Positions 49,678 to 63,959 of a DNA stretch of 64,000 bases are shown here, piece by piece. The notes beneath the pieces were generated by a model, which was given only the letters and a program-made list of their open reading frames with translations, ran no database searches and was not told where the DNA came from. This DNA comes from the human T2T-CHM13v2.0 reference genome, Homo sapiens. Both the position numbers and the translations under genes were made by a program. Positions within the stretch are counted from its first letter, which is position 1. Each line of letters opens with the position of its first letter. The DNA lies in the NCBI RefSeq assembly GCF_009914755.1, contig NC_060947.1, one strand, 5' to 3'.

Positions 49678-49992
49678 GGCTGGGCCCAGTGGCTCACGCC
49701 TATAATCCCAGCACTTCTGGAGGCCAAGGTGGGCGGATCACCTGAGGTTAGGAGTTTCAGGCCAGCCTGGCCAACATGGTGAAACCCTGTCTCTACTAAA
49801 AATAGAACAATTAGCTGGGCTTGGTAATGTGCACCTATAATCCCAGCTACTGGGGAGGCTGAGGCAGGAGAATCACTTGAGCCTGGGGAGCAGGGGGTGC
49901 GGGAGGTTGCAGTGAGACAAGATCGCACCAGTGCACTCCCCATCCTGGGTGACAGAGTGAGACTCTGTCTCAAAGAAAATAAATAAATAAAT
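49678..49992 (+). mobile_element. AluS just 3' of the F9 poly(A) site
   Basis: Dimer with an (AAAT)n tail; flanking ATTTCTT repeat. Confidence 0.92.
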
Positions 49993-52629
49993 ACATTTCT
50001 TGAGGCGTTTCTTGTTAAATCATTCATGGAGAGGCATCCCAAACACTACATTCAACAAAACACTCTGAAAAATGTTTTCAAATGCAATATAACACAGCAG
50101 AGATTTGATGCTCTGTTATCCAGTTTTCATATAAGGCAGTGTGAGCTGTGTCCCAGAGAGGACAGTGGTCTGAATCCACCTGAGACAGAATTGGGTCTAA
50201 CTAACTGTGAGTATGGCCTTCAATAAGTCACTCTCCATTTGGGAATTTGATTTCTCCACTTGTATAATGAGAGTATTTGACAGGATGCTCTCCCAAATCC
50301 CTTGCAATTTTGTTAGTCTGTGATTTCATGTTTTTATTTTTATTCCTTCATCCAACAAATAGTCAAGGAGTAATTGCTGTGTGCCAAATACCAACAGTAT
50401 TCATTAAATTGTAATTCAGATTTTATATATATATAAATAATGTATAATGTGTATAAATTGCTTTGTGAGTGCCTACTACACTGCTAGACAGTAGTTGCTC
50501 AATAATTGTTAGCTGAATCAGAATCCATGTTTATCCCAGAGTAGCAATTAGTCTTGCATCGAGTATCGTGAAAGAAGGCCACACTTAAATAAGAATAATG
50601 CCTGGGGTTTAGGTTTTATGAAAAAATGAAAGGAAATTAGTTCTGCTTTTGTTGACTAAAGGAAGGGAAGAGAGAAGAGACACTATAATTGTCTGCCTCA
50701 GATTTAAGGAGGAGGCTAATTCATGCATTAAACACGTTACTTCAAATTTGAATGACCAAAGGTCTGTAGCCTCAGCACTTCAAAATTGGTAAAAGTAAGA
50801 CACTCTGGCCTTGTTTCCATAGAGACCACCCCTTACAAAGGCACCAATGGGAAACTGGCCTCAGGACTCCTGTTATTGGTCTTCTCTGTGGCAGAGAAAG
50901 GAGCTCTTGGACCCATAAATCTCTGAGCCACAGTTCTTTTTGCCATGGGCTCAAAAATGATTGAATTCATCATGAGCCACCTGTGGCATATTGCCACCAC
51001 TAAACATGTGGGGCCTTTAAGCTCACTAAGAGCCAATGTCTTCAGAGCCAGCCCTGGCTTGATTCTACCTAGGGCATTTGCAGTTGCCATATAAGAATCA
51101 TTAGTGCTTTCAAAATTACTGTAGATACTTTGCCTAAATAGACTAAAACATGCTGCCGTCATATTGGAAGTGACAGATTAAAATAGAACTCTTGCCAAGT
51201 GAAGGAAAGTGTGCTAATATAATGCAGTCATTTTAACTTGCTGTTTAAGTGTGATTGTTTTTAGTTCTTTTGAATATTATTTGTTTTATACTGACAGGAA
51301 CGAAGTACTGTCCAATTTTCTCTGCCAAGGAAAAAAGAAAAGGTGTTCTTCCTTACTTACCTGAACCAAAACAGACCAGTTTACAAAATTGCCTAATTAT
51401 AATTGCTAAACAAGTTCCGAATGCTTACAGTCTAATCCAAGAATGTCAGAGCTGCAAGGGCCCTTAAACACCATCCAATCCACTCCACTCATTTAGCAGA
51501 TGAAGAGATTGAGGGCAACATAAGGCCAGGCCCAAGATAACACAATGACAGCCAGGACTAGAGCTCAAGTCTCCCACCCTGCACTTTGAAAGAATAATGC
51601 TTTCAACTGGAGTACATTAACTCTACTGTCTATATTTTTAGGGCAGCTGGGGCATTCTGCATTGGTGGCAATCCTCTCAACAACCCTGGGACTGAAAACT
51701 GCCTGGAATTCTTACTAACAATTCTCTAATTGACCAAAAGGTGACGAAATCAAGGAGACCAATAAGGTAGCTTGGAAAGCAGAGTGGCAGTCAGATAACA
51801 AACTGGAGCTTCAACCCGTGGCTCATAGCAGGTTCTCAGTAAATACATGTAGGATAAACGTGTGGTGCTGGTGTCTGGCGTTTAGCCCAGCTGTGGGCAC
51901 TGGGCCTTCCAGATGTGACATTTGACTACTATAGCACATTCAACAGTGTCATCTGGCACACAGTCATTCCAGCAACAATTCAACTTTATTCACTGCAACT
52001 GTGCTGGGGAAGACGTGCGGCACACGGAGACAGCAGGTTACTCCAGAAGCTGTTTGAGGGTTGAAGGCAGGCTTCAAAGGCCCACCGAAGCTGAGATTCT
52101 AACAATGCATTGCACCTGCGGATGATTGGGAAACAGACTACAGATGCTGAAAGGCCTCTCTGAGTAAAGCAATCAGGAATCAGAGCTCTTTTTGAATCTG
52201 AGGCTTATGCCATCTAAAAAATCTCAGGGTTAAAGCCATAAAAATCAGCATGTTGTGTAAACTGTGGAAACTATTGAAAGAATCACAGCAGGCAAAGGAC
52301 TGTGGGACCCCTGCTCTTTTCAATCAATCCAGGCCCACAAATCACTCTACTCATTTTTTCCTACAGTAGTTTCGAGGCAAATCTTTTTCATCCAGTCTTT
52401 GGGGCTATGGACTGCCTTGAGATTTCTGAGTCAATCTCAACTTCTAATATAGGTATCAAAAGTGAAGAAGAGCAGGCAGATCTTTTCTTGCATATGTAGA
52501 CAAAGAGGCAAAGACTTCTGTCTGGAAGAAGGCAGAGACATTTTCTCCATGCCTTCACAGAACTATTTCAAACTCCTGGCCAGGTCATTCCACTCTAATA
52601 GGAGAGCTATCCTTCTATTCTCTTGGTTA

Positions 52630-53039
<410 letters not shown>

Positions 53040-53515
53040 CTAATGATTCCAAAGGCTTTCATTCAAACAGTTGCTGCATTGTAATGTTAAGTATGAGATA
53101 CTAATTCATAAAAATTTACCACCATAGTAAATCTCCCTGATACCATCACTCTTAAACCTTTAGAAATGCTACAGCATCTAGCTTCTCTAGATCAATAATC
53201 ACAGAGGCTTAAGTGCTGACCTCATAAAGATAAAGAGTTCCCATGATTTACACATTACGTGCTTTCATAAATATCTATATATAAAAGCCTATTTTCCTCT
53301 TGGACTATATTACAAAAGTAAGTATGCATTTTCATAAGATTCAAACCCAGCTCTAAATGTAAGAAGCCAAATTAAGAATGTAGCAATGTATGAATGAAAA
53401 GGAAGGAAAAAAGCCATTACTAACCACAACTCTGTGCAAAACTCCCTGTCATCTAAGGTAGGAATAAGATATTTATCTTGAACACATAAGGGAATATGTC
53501 ATAGAAAGGGAGACA

Positions 53516-53898
<383 letters not shown>

Positions 53899-54561
53899 CT
53901 ATAAGGAGGTGTTTTCATTAATTTCTAGGAAATGTAAAAAAGATTAGCCTAGGAAACTATGGTTATAACCCTGGCCTTTTTATCTCCTGTTTTGTGTTTG
54001 TCTTCTCCATAAGCTGTATCTACCCCTCTTGTCTGTGCTTTCTGTCCTCATTTAGGTAGCTATTTTGTTTTTGTACCTTATTTTTATAGATTCAGCTCTT
54101 AGCTTTCATTTCAATCTCTTTCTCCCTATAGCTATTACCCAATCAAATAACCTTGTGATAAAGTTTAATATCTGAACAAAACTGTTGTTCTTGGCCACAG
54201 GGATTTCGTTTCTCTCAATATGCCTCCCATATTTTAGTTGTCTATGTTCTCTTCCATACACTCTGTTTCTAGTCCTAGATGAACATGCTTAAGATTAGAA
54301 TCTCCACTTCCTTAGTTTAGAAAATCTAGATTTAAGTAACAGATATGCTAAAAGGACAGGTGCACATTACCTAATAGTGGGATTGTTATAATTCAGAAGT
54401 CTTAGTACACTCTAATAAAGAATTTTACTGTACACTTTCTATGTACCTAGCGTTGTATCTATTTCCTAAGGTGCAATGAATGGTATGCTGGAACTGGCAT
54501 ATACAAACTAACTCTCAAAAACCAATGTTAAAAGAAAAACTTTAGACAAAATAAATTCAAC

Positions 54562-55024
54562 TGGAGGTCATTATATTAAGTGAAATAAATGAGGCACAGA
54601 AAGATAAACATCACATGTTCTAACTTATGTGTGAGATCTAAATATCAAAATAACTGAACTCATGGACATAGAGCCTAGAAGGATAGTTACCAGAGGCTGG
54701 AAAGCGTAGTGGGGGGTTGGAGGGTAAGTGAGGATGGCTGATGAATACAAAAAAATAGAAAGAATAAGACCTAGTGTTTGATAGCACAACAGGGTGACTA
54801 TAGTCAATAATAATTTAATTGTACATTTGTAATAACTAAAAGAGTATCATTGGATTGTTTGTAATGCAATGCATAAATGCTTAAGGTGATGGAGACCCCA
54901 TCTTCCATGATGTGATTATTACACATTGCATGCTTGTACCAAAATATCTCATATATTCCATAAATATATACACCTACTATTTACCCACAAAAATTAAAAA
55001 TAAAAAAGGAAAACAAAGAAAAAG
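54562..55024 (+). mobile_element. L1MA 3' end
   Basis: …gatagcacaacagggtgactatagtcaataat…acctactatttacccacaaaaattaaaaat; TSD ATTCAAC. Confidence 0.85.
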
Positions 55025-55329
55025 ATTCAACAGAGTTTATCTGAGCAAAGAATGATTCATGAATGGTGTAGCAGTCAGAATCAGGCGAGGTTCAGAGAGC
55101 TCTGCTGCAGCAGCCTGAGCAGTGAGTTTTTATGGGCTGACAGAGAAGGAAGACAAAATATATTTAACTGGTTAGAGTGGAAATACCCTAGTTAGAGGTG
55201 AGTTGCTGATTTCTGATTGATAAAGTCTCCAGTCTCCTTTTACTGTTTACACTGGGCTTCAGTTTGCTTATGTAGGAACTTAAAGGGCTTGAGCGGTCCA
55301 AGTCGGGTATCCAGTGGCTTCCCCTACCC

Positions 55330-55624
55330 TTTTTTTTTTTTTTGAAATGGAGTCTCACTCTGTTGCCCGGACTTGAGTCCAGTGGCCCGATCTCGGCTCA
55401 CTGCAACCTCCACCGCCCAGGTTCAAGCGATTCTCCTGCCTCAGCCTCCTGAGTAGCTGGGATTACAGGCACCTGCCATCACTTCCAGCTAATTTTTGTA
55501 TTTTTAGCAGACACAGGGTTTTACCATGTTGGCCAGGCTGGTCTCAAACTCCTGACCTCAGGTGATCTGCCTGCCTCGGCCTCCCAAAGTGCTGGGATTA
55601 CAGGTATGAGCCACTGCGCCAGCC
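55330..55624 (-). mobile_element. AluS
   Basis: Poly-T and antisense dimer. Confidence 0.93.
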
Positions 55625-56208
55625 ACTTTTTTAACACCAATTTTGCACATCACTTCCTAACTTCCAGTTCTGTGTCCTCATGTTGGTAGCTTGAAATCTG
55701 CCATGGTAGGAATCTTTACACCATAGAAATCAACAAATGGTACAAATAGGGTTTTGGTGTGTCTTTTAAAGAGAATCAGTTGCTTACCATTTGCCAACAT
55801 ACAACTGGACACAATATAATTGTTTGACTAACAACTCGTCATTTTTGCAGTACAGCTACTCAATTATTGCTATGACTGAGCACTAAATTCACATTGTAAA
55901 TTAAAATATAAAGGTTGTTTAAGGGAGCAAAATGTTCATGAAATAGAAATATTGAGAAAACCAGGCCTTTAAAGATGTTCACAGATGGTAACAGATACTT
56001 TGTGTTGTAAAATAAAATGTAACATTTCTTAAGTGCAAATATTTCTCCTACAACACATTCACACATTGTAATCCACCAAGGTTTATTTTATGGTATTTTT
56101 CTGCTGTGCCAGTATGTCAGTTCATAGTAATTTGTAATATGCTTATAAAAACTGTGGAAAAGAGTTCTTGACTGCTATTTTTGGTAAGCATGTAAGAACA
56201 CTAAAACT

Positions 56209-56231
56209 AAAAAAAAAAAAAAAAAAAAAAA
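56209..56231. repeat. A23 mononucleotide run
   Basis: Direct reading of the sequence. Confidence 0.9.
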
Positions 56232-56399
56232 TTTCCACAGGGATGTATGGAAGGTAAGTGTGATGCGGTTTCACTACATTTCAGTCAGGGGGCACGACAT
56301 TTTATTCCACTTTTCCAGTACTGAACTAAAGTGAGCAGAATGTTATACAGTGTAAAATGATTTTGACATTTAAAAATGTATTCAGAATAATATCTTGAA

Positions 56400-56975
56400 C
56401 TCCCAAGTACCAGCATCCATCCATTTCTCATCTTTTATTTCTCTCTCTCTCTCTCTCTTCAGAGGTAGCTATCTTTCTTAGTTTGGTGTTCATCATTATC
56501 CAGCATGTTCATATACTTTAACCCTAAACTATCCACTAAAATATATATTTCGTTTTACATATTTTAAAACGTTATACAAATGCTATCATATTGTTTCTAT
56601 CCTGCATTTTTTTTCCTGTGGGATTCATTTATGATGATATGGGTAGCTCTAGGTCATTTATTTTAGTTTCTATATCAATTTTATGGCATGATATTCAATA
56701 AACTAGTTATGTAACCTTCTGTTTGTGGTAATTCATGTTGTCTCTAAATTTTTTACTCTTCTAAACATTGCTGCTATAAACATTCTGGCACATGTGTGAG
56801 CCTTCGTGTGGGGTACATCCTTAGGAGTAAAAATGCTAAGCCATAGAGCATTCACTTCAACTGTACTTGGTATTAGCAGATAGCTCACCAAAGTGTTATC
56901 AATGTATGCTCCCAGTAGTAGCATGTACAAGTTCTTGCTTCATGTCCTTCCCAACGGTTGGTATTTTTAGAAATA
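56400..56975 (-). mobile_element. Old L1M(E) 3' remnant
   Basis: Antisense ORF2 tail (ORF 56733..56930 TCARMFIAAMF). Confidence 0.6.
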
Positions 56976-57365
56976 TGGGCAGATTTTTGAGCTAATAATA
57001 TTCATACATAGAATGCCTACTTTTGCATTGAATCCAGGTAATTTGAAACTATTTGTAAATGTATGACTACAGCCCTAAGTGCTTCTTGGGGTCAGTAAAG
57101 AAATTATTTTAGCCTCTAATATGAGATTACAAAATGTCCATTATGATATTTCTCTTTTAAGTCATTTTTATTATGGTTGTAAAGTTATGGCTCACTTAAT
57201 TACTTAACATGTTATCATTTGGTTTCTTATAACTTCCCATGTAAAAGAGTGCATTCACTATCAAACTGTGCTATAACCTATCAACTAAGACAACTCAGCC
57301 CAAGTCCTTCTCATGCTTTAAATTTTTCTGACTCTCTCTTCTCCACTTCTGCTTCATTATAATTT

Positions 57366-57672
57366 TTTAAATTTACTTTTTTTTTGAGATAGTGTCTCAC
57401 TCTGTCACCCAGGCTGGAGTGCAGTGGCATGATCATAGTTCACAGCAGCCTCAGTCTCCTGGGTTCAAGCAATCCTCTGCTTCAGCCTCCCGAGTAGCTG
57501 AGACTACAGGCATGTGCTACCATGCCTGGCTAATTTTTTTTTTTTTTTTTTTTTAAGAGCTGGGGTCTCACTATGTTGCCAGGGCTGGTCTCAAACTCCC
57601 GAGCTTAAGCAATCCTCCTGCCTTGACCTCTCAAAGTGCTGGGATTACAGGTGTAAGCCACCAAACCCGGCC
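57366..57672 (-). mobile_element. AluJ
   Basis: Antisense dimer with an expanded T-rich linker. Confidence 0.92.
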
Positions 57673-58541
57673 ATAATTTTTCATTTGTTCTCCAGAAAGG
57701 TTGTGTTTGTCGCTTATTTTGGAAATAATTAAGTTAGTGAGTCTGACAAATTTTTAGATGAAATTTATCTTTGAAATGGTTTACATTTTGTTTTGGGTGG
57801 GTTTAAGGAAAGTTTCATTTAGCTTAAGGAACTTAATCTTCACAAAGTTCAACTTCATTGGCTGTTCTCAGTACACATTATGAGTCCTATTTGATGGACA
57901 CATGCTTAAAACACCTCCTCAGAATTTAATGTGCTTATTCATACACGCAAAAAAATGAGGTGATCAATATATAGGGGCAACTAAGCCCTCACCAAATGCA
58001 AAGGACAATTTAATACTTAACTACGTCATGAAATTTTTAAAAATGCATTTTGAAGTAAAAAGTAATTTTTTAAAAATCTGGTTGTCACTTTTACTAATTG
58101 CCTTTTGAACAGTATAAAGAGTTTAGTTTTTGTCCATAACACCGGTTTCTTCCCATGTTTTCCCATAAAACCCCTTGCAAACTGACCAGTCGAAATCAAT
58201 GTGAGGAAGTGTACTGAAATGTAATAAAAATGACTTGTTTTGATATTTTATTGCCTGAGACTTGACTCATTAAACACCGTAGAGTCTGCTGCCCTGCAGG
58301 AAGAAGGCTCCTGTGTTCTAATACTTACTAAATAATAAGCATTTTCCTCAGTGAAAGTCTGTTGAGTGAAACCAGGTTGATTTCTGACTAGACCCAAAAC
58401 AAAATCACTGACCTGATTTCTCTTCAAGTCAAGTATTTCTTCTGCTCTCCTACACTTTCCACAATGTATTATGAAATTTTTCTCTTAAGAGAATGTAAAC
58501 GCTTAGATGTCAGGGTGGCTTTTATAACAACCACGTATTTT

Positions 58542-59135
58542 TTTAGATTTTTTTTATTATTATACTTTAAGTTCTGGGATACATGGGCAGAACTTGCAGG
58601 TTTGTTACATAGGTATACACGTGCCATGGTGGTTTGCTGCACCCATCAACCCGTCACCTACATTAGGTATTTCTCCTGATGCTATCCCTCCCCTAGCTCC
58701 CCACCCCCCGAGAGGCCCTGGTGTGTGATGTTCCCCTCCTTGTGTTCATGTGTTCTCATTGTTCAACTCCCACTTATGAGTGAGAACATGTGGTGTTTGG
58801 TTTTCTGTTCCTGTGTTAGTTTCATGAGAATGATGGTTTCCAGCTTCATTCATGTACCTGCAAAGGACATAAACTCATCCTTTTTTATGGCTGCATAGTA
58901 ATACATGGTGTATATGTGCCACATTTTCTTTATCCAGTCTATCATTGACAGGCATTTGGGTTGGTTCCAAGTCTTTGCTATTGTGAATAGTGCTGCAATA
59001 AACATATGTGTGCATGTGTCTTTATGGTAGAATGATTAAATTCCTTTAGGTATATACCCAGTAACGGGATTGCTGGGTCAAATGTATTTCTGATTCTAGA
59101 TCCTTGAGGAATCACCACACTGTCTTCCACAATGG
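58542..59135 (-). mobile_element. 5'-truncated L1PA (about PA7) 3' end
   Basis: Antisense 3' UTR; 16-bp TSD AACAACCA(C/T)GTATTTT (58526-58541 / 59136-59151). Confidence 0.92.
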
Positions 59136-59302
59136 AACAACCATGTATTTTATATTGTGAGACTCATGTGTAATTTTGGAAATATCACCAATAGCATTTT
59201 ACCCCTCAAACAACACAGGAATAAAACTTGAATACACATTTTATTTTTCAGGGAGTTCTTTGGAGACGAATTTAATTTGATTAACTAATTCACTGATGGT
59301 GC

Positions 59303-59718
59303 TGATATAATTTGGATGTTGTTCCTGCCCAAATCTCATGTTGAAATGTAATTCCCAATGTTGGAGGTGGGGCCTGGTGGGAGGTGATTGGATCATCGGG
59401 ACGAATTTCTTGTGAATGGTTCAGCACCATCCTTTTGGTAGTGTCCTCATGATAGTGGGTGAGTTCTCACAAGATCTGGTCATTTAAAAGTGTGAGGCCC
59501 ATCCCCCATCACTCTCCTGCTCCTGCTTTTGCTGTGTGATGTGCAAGCTCCCACTTGGCCCTCTGCCATGATTGCAAGCTTCCAGAGACCTCCGCAGAAG
59601 CATATGCCACTATGCTTCCTCTACAGCCTGCAGAACCGTGAGCCAACTAAACCTCATTTCTTATAAATTACCCAGTCTCACATATTTCTTTATAGCAATG
59701 CAAGAACGGCCTAACACA
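59303..59718 (+). mobile_element. MSTA-like MaLR solo LTR
   Basis: tgatataatttggatg…aaatctcatgttgaaatgtaattcccaatgttggaggtggggcc…ttataaattacccagtctca…ctaacaca. Confidence 0.88.
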
Positions 59719-62700
59719 AGTGTTTTCTCAAAAGACCTCAAAACAAATTTAAAGGTAAAAGAGGTAGTTATCCTGTGATGGGATGCTTATTAAGACATCT
59801 AAAACAATCTCAGTGTTGTTTTCTTTTAATGAAAGATTCAGTCAAACCAAGGTTATAGGCTTCTCTCCTCACTCTATATTAAGGCACATGTACTAGCTCC
59901 CAAATGGGCTGTGAAAGAGATCATTAGGTCTGGCAATTCCAACTAAAGAGTCCTTTGCAGAAGCAAGTTATAGATCAGAAAACAACTGCAGGTATCTACG
60001 TGCTTTCCAGGATTCCTTGAGCTTCAGTATATGGAAGCAGACTTTTTTAGGGTATGGAAGCATGCACTCATAAACATGGCTATCTAACCTTTGAAACTGC
60101 TTTCATTGCTATCTTACAGATTTGAGTAAAGCAACTTCTTGAGCAAAACATTGTACTCTGGCTCTGGTCAGATCTCCCTCTTTCTCTCCTCTCTCTCTCA
60201 AAGAGAGAATCATGAAGTAAGGCTGAAGGTAAACATTAATCTAAAAATACTTATGGTGCCTTTAGGAGAGTATCACTGATAAATGAGAGGAAAGTTATTT
60301 TCAATGTATAATTGACGTTATACCAAACTGAAGAAAGTATATGAATGAATTTAAGGTTGAATATTTTTAATGTGGAATATACACAAGTGCATTTACATCG
60401 TAAGTACATTTACAATGTAATTAAATTTCTGAAGACCTTAAAGTGAAATTGCTGCTATATTTTAGAGTAATACACATTTATAGTCTAATAAAATTAAGAC
60501 AGTACAGTTACATTTGTAAACATATACAAATATAGCATTCATGTACAGTTATTAAAATATTAAATGACTATAACAGAACTCAGCATTGTTTTAAATGATT
60601 AAAATCTCTAGTTTACTACCATGAAATTAAAACACTTTGTGCAGAGTGACATCATTATTCAAGAATTTCATTTCCCTAATTCTGTCTTCTAAATCACAGT
60701 ATTAGCAAACAAAATAAATGTATTTTGATTTCATTCTGTTGTTGCAGAAGAATTAAGTGAAATATCAAGCATATGGACACTTTAATGAGTAACTTATAAA
60801 TCTACCATCAGGAATTCCAGCAACTGGACATTAGAAGATTTATAATTTGCAAGTACCTTTAGATAAAATACAATTGGTTTGCCATACAGATTGTTCCATC
60901 AGATGATACCACTGGCATAATCTGTGATCTTCATACAATATATAAACCTAATTGAAAGACAAATTACATGTTATATAGCTATTGTGTTTATTGTTTTGTA
61001 TTAACCAATCACAGAAAAACATGCACCTAATATGCAACTTGAAAGTCCAACTCACAATTCATGATTCAAAAAGCAGAAGTTTCAAACCATTGTTTTCAGA
61101 AGTCCATAATATAAAATACTCCAAACATAAATTCAACATTGCATGCAACAACTGGCCATTTGCTTCAAAAGAAGTGATCACAGTGTTTATATATTTAAAA
61201 AAGAGAAATCTATATATGTATTATTTTTAAAAAACTAAGAAGAAATACAACTTCAGAAAATCTTTTCTAGAATAAATTTTTCTAGAAAATTGAAAAGTAA
61301 AGACATTGAAAAGCAGAGCTTTATTAAGAAACATCTGTGGTGCCGATATGAATATTTAACTTAAAGCTGTGACATGTACCTAAACTTCAATGCATAAAAT
61401 TTAAAGTTTAACATATCAAAACGACAGGATTTTTAGCTTTGGATCATCTTAAAACTATAAGATGGCTCTAACAACCCTAAAGGTCAGTCAGCATGCAAAA
61501 GAGATCCTTCAGAACATATCTCTTTGGGGCATTATAATCACATAGATAGCACATAATTAAATAATAGACTATCAATTAACACAGGAGTTTAAATCTCTGA
61601 TTCTCTCTCTTCCCTCTTTGAAGTTTTGTTACTGAAAAGTTACCCAAAAAATACAAGTAAAACTTTTTATCTGTAAAAGTTCAAAAGAATTGATTTCAGA
61701 TTTTCAGGTGAAATCCAAACAGAGGCTGTAAAAAACTTTAATTGGCAACAAAATAGCACCGCACTTTTGTGTTGGGGTAATGGAAGATGCAAAGATGCTT
61801 CTTGCAAGACTGAGAAGCTGCGAATAACGAAGTTCAACTCCATGCTGAGGAAATTTCTGTAGATGTCATGGGCAGTGTAGGATAACCTGACTATGGTGCT
61901 GTTTATCTGTAACCCTTTTAGGAAATATAATATAGTTCGCACCCTCAAAGAAAATATTATTTTTAGAAAGTCTATTCAATCTCCTTGAATTCAAGGGGAA
62001 CTCGGTTTCCTTGTGTTACTCAGAACTGCATCTCCAAAATAATTAAGAATGATGTTAACACTCAAATGACTTTTAAAGCCAAAATGTTATCTGTGCTATA
62101 ACTTCTCAGGCTTAGTGTGAGGATTCAAAAGGTCCATCATAAACTCAAGGTGATGTCTTCTGGTTATTAATTTTAATATGAAAGGTCTTCAGTTTCATAA
62201 TTATTAAAGGAATTTATTTTATAGAAGAGATAGCTTCACTGAAAGCAAAACAAAATAAATAAGATTCTCTTCTTCTACAATCAATTTTTATAAATATTGT
62301 ACTAATTATGTCATATGCATGAAGATAATAGGAAACATGTTAAATGCATAATATCAGAGAGATCTTTACATTCTATTTGCCAGATTGTAAATGAAACCCT
62401 CTAACTTATTTTTTAAACCTAATGCTGTTGACAGTTGCATAGTCAGTTATAATGTCCTAATCCACTGATGGACACACATCACAATGTATTTTTATAAGCC
62501 ACAATATACTATTTCGCTCTGTGCAATGTAATGAGAGGATAGATCTCAATCAAGACTCACTTGATATTGTAGCATTCAACCAAAATCTACCGTGAAGTAT
62601 TAATTTGTCATTTCAACCTAAGTCAAAAATGCATGTCATTTGAAAGTAATATATTTTAATAATAATCTTAAGTCAGGGGCTTCCAGAGAACACAGATCAA

Positions 62701-63756
62701 TGGGACCTTGTCCTCTTATCTAGTATCATGCCACACAATAATAAATGCTTAAAATGCTGATGATATAGCAATACATTACATTTCAACTCTCCCAATAGCA
62801 CTGCAAAAAAAGAAGAATATTGAAAAAGTGCACTCACAGTAGAAATAAAGTGGCTAGAAAGGAATAATGTGAGTTTCCCCCCAAATAAAATGTATTACAT
62901 TGATAAATGTATAGGTAAGCCCTTCACTGCCTGAAAAATAAGCACAGACCCAAAGTAGACTGAAATTGTTGTTTTTCCATACACTTTTCAAAGGGTGCTA
63001 ATAAGCCATAAATCTACTGGGATTAGTTAACAGTAATAGAATAATTTCAAATTGAAACTAATCAAATATATAATTTTATATGTCCTGCATTACAATTAGC
63101 TAAAAATTAATGTAATTAACTTTGTCCTGAATTAAATGTGAGGAGATCTGGCTCTACTTAAAATGATGATGATAAGTGATGGAAAATATACTCTGTGTCT
63201 TCTTAATGTTGAGTACAAATGTTTATATGGAAGTTAGATGAGTACACTTTGTGTTTTCACTTTTGAATCTTGGAGATCTGAGCACAAGAAGGAAATTTTT
63301 TTCTAGTATATACATTACAGTATTATTTTATGGCTTTATTGGGTTTTTTAAATTGCTTCATAAAAAACAATTTATTTAAAACACTGATTTATATGTCTTG
63401 ATTCAAACAGTTATTTGAGCACATATTTTAAGTGACCCATGTTTCTTATTTCTGTTCTCTTTCTGTGTCTCTGCCTCTCTCTCTCTCTTCATTGACCATT
63501 TAAATAAGCATGAAATAGTTGGCAGAAAGCTGGCTATATTTATTTTCAAACTTAACAACTCTTCGATGCGATCAGTTAATTTTGATTAATTAGAACTATT
63601 TGGCTTTTGAAAGTGTTCAAAATGTTACTGTCTTAGATTTTATCCTTTTCTAACATGTATATATTTTTTTAAGTTGTAAACTGCTCAATTCAGCATGTGT
63701 AATGTTTCTTTGTATTTGTCTGATACTCTTCTTTTATGGCTACCGCTTTTTGTCTT

Positions 63757-63959
63757 TTTTCATAGGTTATTGGGGTACAGGTGGTATTTGGTTACGTGAG
63801 TAAATCCTTTAGTGGTGATTTGTGAGATTTTGGTGCATCTATCACCCGAGCAGTATACACTGCACCCTATTTGTAGTATTTTATCCCTCGCCCCCTCCCA
63901 CACTTCCCCCCAAGTCCCCAAAGTCCATTGTATCATTCTTATGCCTTTGCGTCCTCATA
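63757..63959 (-). mobile_element. Short L1PB 3' end
   Basis: ggggtacaggtggtatttggttac…; 12-bp TSD GCTTTTTGTCTT (63745-63756 / 63960-63971). Confidence 0.85.

Larger units (their letters stand above)
54526..55636 (-). mobile_element. ERV1-class solo LTR containing nested L1 and Alu
   Basis: TGTTAAAA…TTTTAACA termini with 4-bp TSD CCAA (54522-54525 / 55637-55640). Confidence 0.75.
54478..55807. mobile_element. MER63-like hAT relic split by nested insertions (pieces 54478-54525 and 55641-55807)
   Basis: Termini tggtatgctgg / ccaacatacaactg; body gttggtagcttgaaatc…tttacacca. Confidence 0.68.

Noticed and set aside
61252-61290. Tandem TTCTAGAA palindromes resembling a heat-shock element
   Set aside because: Units are not in contiguous nGAAn phase, and the AT-rich background makes chance likely
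61667-61948. 93-aa minus-strand ORF in non-repeat DNA
   Set aside because: Non-ATG start, no recognisable domain or convincing splice signals
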